20,000 nt of DNA from Chrysochromulina tobinii (Eukaryota). A program made the translations under genes and the position numbers. The DNA lies in contig JWZX01003325.1 in assembly GCA_001275005.1 (NCBI GenBank), forward strand, positions 58,217 to 78,216. Direction: 5' to 3'. A model generated the notes under the pieces. The model made no database searches, had not been told where the DNA came from, and was given only the letters and a program-made list of their open reading frames with translations. Shown piece after piece: positions 18,810 to 20,000 of the stretch (its first letter is position 1; every line of letters starts with the position of its first letter).

Positions 18810-20000
18810 GGGGGGGGTTCCTATACAAATTGGGGGTGGTTTCCTATACAATACGTATCCTTATGTATCCTGCATGTATCCTGCATGTATCCTGAAGGAT
18901 ACATGTATCCCGAATGTATCCCGAATGTATCCTGATGTATCTCAAATGTATCTTACATAATCTGTTACATTCCAACTTTCCAAGAGAATACATATCCTTC
19001 ACATTGTGCATGTATTTCACACGTATCCCAAACGAGTCCAAGCTACATTTTTGGATACACATGAGATACATTACGATACATGTATCTTGGGCGCTTCCTT
19101 GGTGTCACACTGGATACATGTCAGGATACATCAGGATACATGTATCTTGGACTCTTCATCACGATACATCAGGATACACCGGGATACAAAATTAAGATAC
19201 ATGTATCTTGAACGCGTCATGACGACACTTCAGGATACACTCAGGATACATCACGATACATGTATCTTGGACGCTTCGTCCGAGCCGCGCTGGATACACA
19301 CAAGATACGCTCGAGATACACAGCAGATACATCAAGGATACTTATCTTGGGCTCGTTCTATTTGCCCTGCTGTCCAAGGAGCTGAAGGCGCTCCGCCTCT
19401 TCGTCGCTCGAGTCGGGCTCCACTTGGGGCTCGCGTTGAAGGGCTGGCACCGGTGCCTTTCGATTGTTCCCCATGAGCCCCGCCTTCTTTCCGTCTGCTG
19501 GGCCGCTAGCTGTGTGCCCGAGGGTGGCATCAGGGTCAGTGGTTCTGGCATGGGCTGAAAGTATGTGAGAGCCAGGTTCTTCAAGTCAATGCTGAGCTGG
19601 TCGAGCTGCACGGCAGCAGTCCTCGCCCTCTTCATCTCCTTTTCGCGCCCCTGTAGCTGTTGCAAGGTAGGCACACCTGCGAGGAGGAAAGCACGTAGGA
19701 TACATAAGAGATACATGTGGGATACATGCGGGATACATATTGGATACATGTATCTGCAGCGGTTCGAGGATACATGGAGGATACATGCGGGATACATGAG
19801 GAATACATGAGGAATACATGTATCTCAAATGTATCCGGAGAAGTACGTATCTCAGATGCGCAAGATACATGCGGGATACATGCGGGATACATGTATCCTC
19901 AGAGGTCATCAAGATACATGCGGGATACATGCGGGATACATGTATCTCAAATGCATCCAGAGAGAGATGTATCTGATACGAAGGCGACATGCGGGATACA
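18810..20000. mobile_element. Foldback-like repeat element built from TGTATC/GATACA subrepeats in inverted blocks (probably continues beyond the window)
   Basis: TGTATCC-oriented block at about 18855-18955; GATACA-oriented blocks at about 19050-19340 and 19698-20000; recurring palindrome GATACATGTATC. The repeat nature is certain, mobility is inferred. Confidence 0.55.

Noticed and set aside
18760..19990. ORFs rich in MYP/IHVS/DTC
   Set aside because: Translations of the GATACA/TGTATC repeats.

Overview
GC-rich, gene-dense eukaryotic DNA. It is most likely from a haptophyte alga such as Chrysochromulina; this is inferred from the repeat-filled introns and a protein with signal-peptide plus twin-arginine targeting typical of complex plastids. 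The window holds ten complete protein genes: a Pro-rich MAM-domain membrane protein, a HAD-IIB hydrolase, a PDZ protein, a MORN-repeat protein, an ankyrin protein, a low-GC orphan, mevalonate kinase, a GT29 sialyltransferase-like protein, a thylakoid-lumen protein and a frameshifted SNRNP40. There is also a partial ORF at the left edge, an ACTTG satellite and a GATACA/TGTATC foldback-like repeat at the right edge. The main unexpected signal is intron architecture. All five inferred GT-AG introns are filled with short tandem repeats. Four carry 16-36 bp direct repeats that duplicate the splice junction, two contain an internal AG|GT (twin units), and two unrelated genes share an intron core (TTGCATGCAAGTGCTC). 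Together this points to an intron-generating insertion process. Exon boundaries were inferred by hand from frame continuity and protein motifs, with no transcript data.
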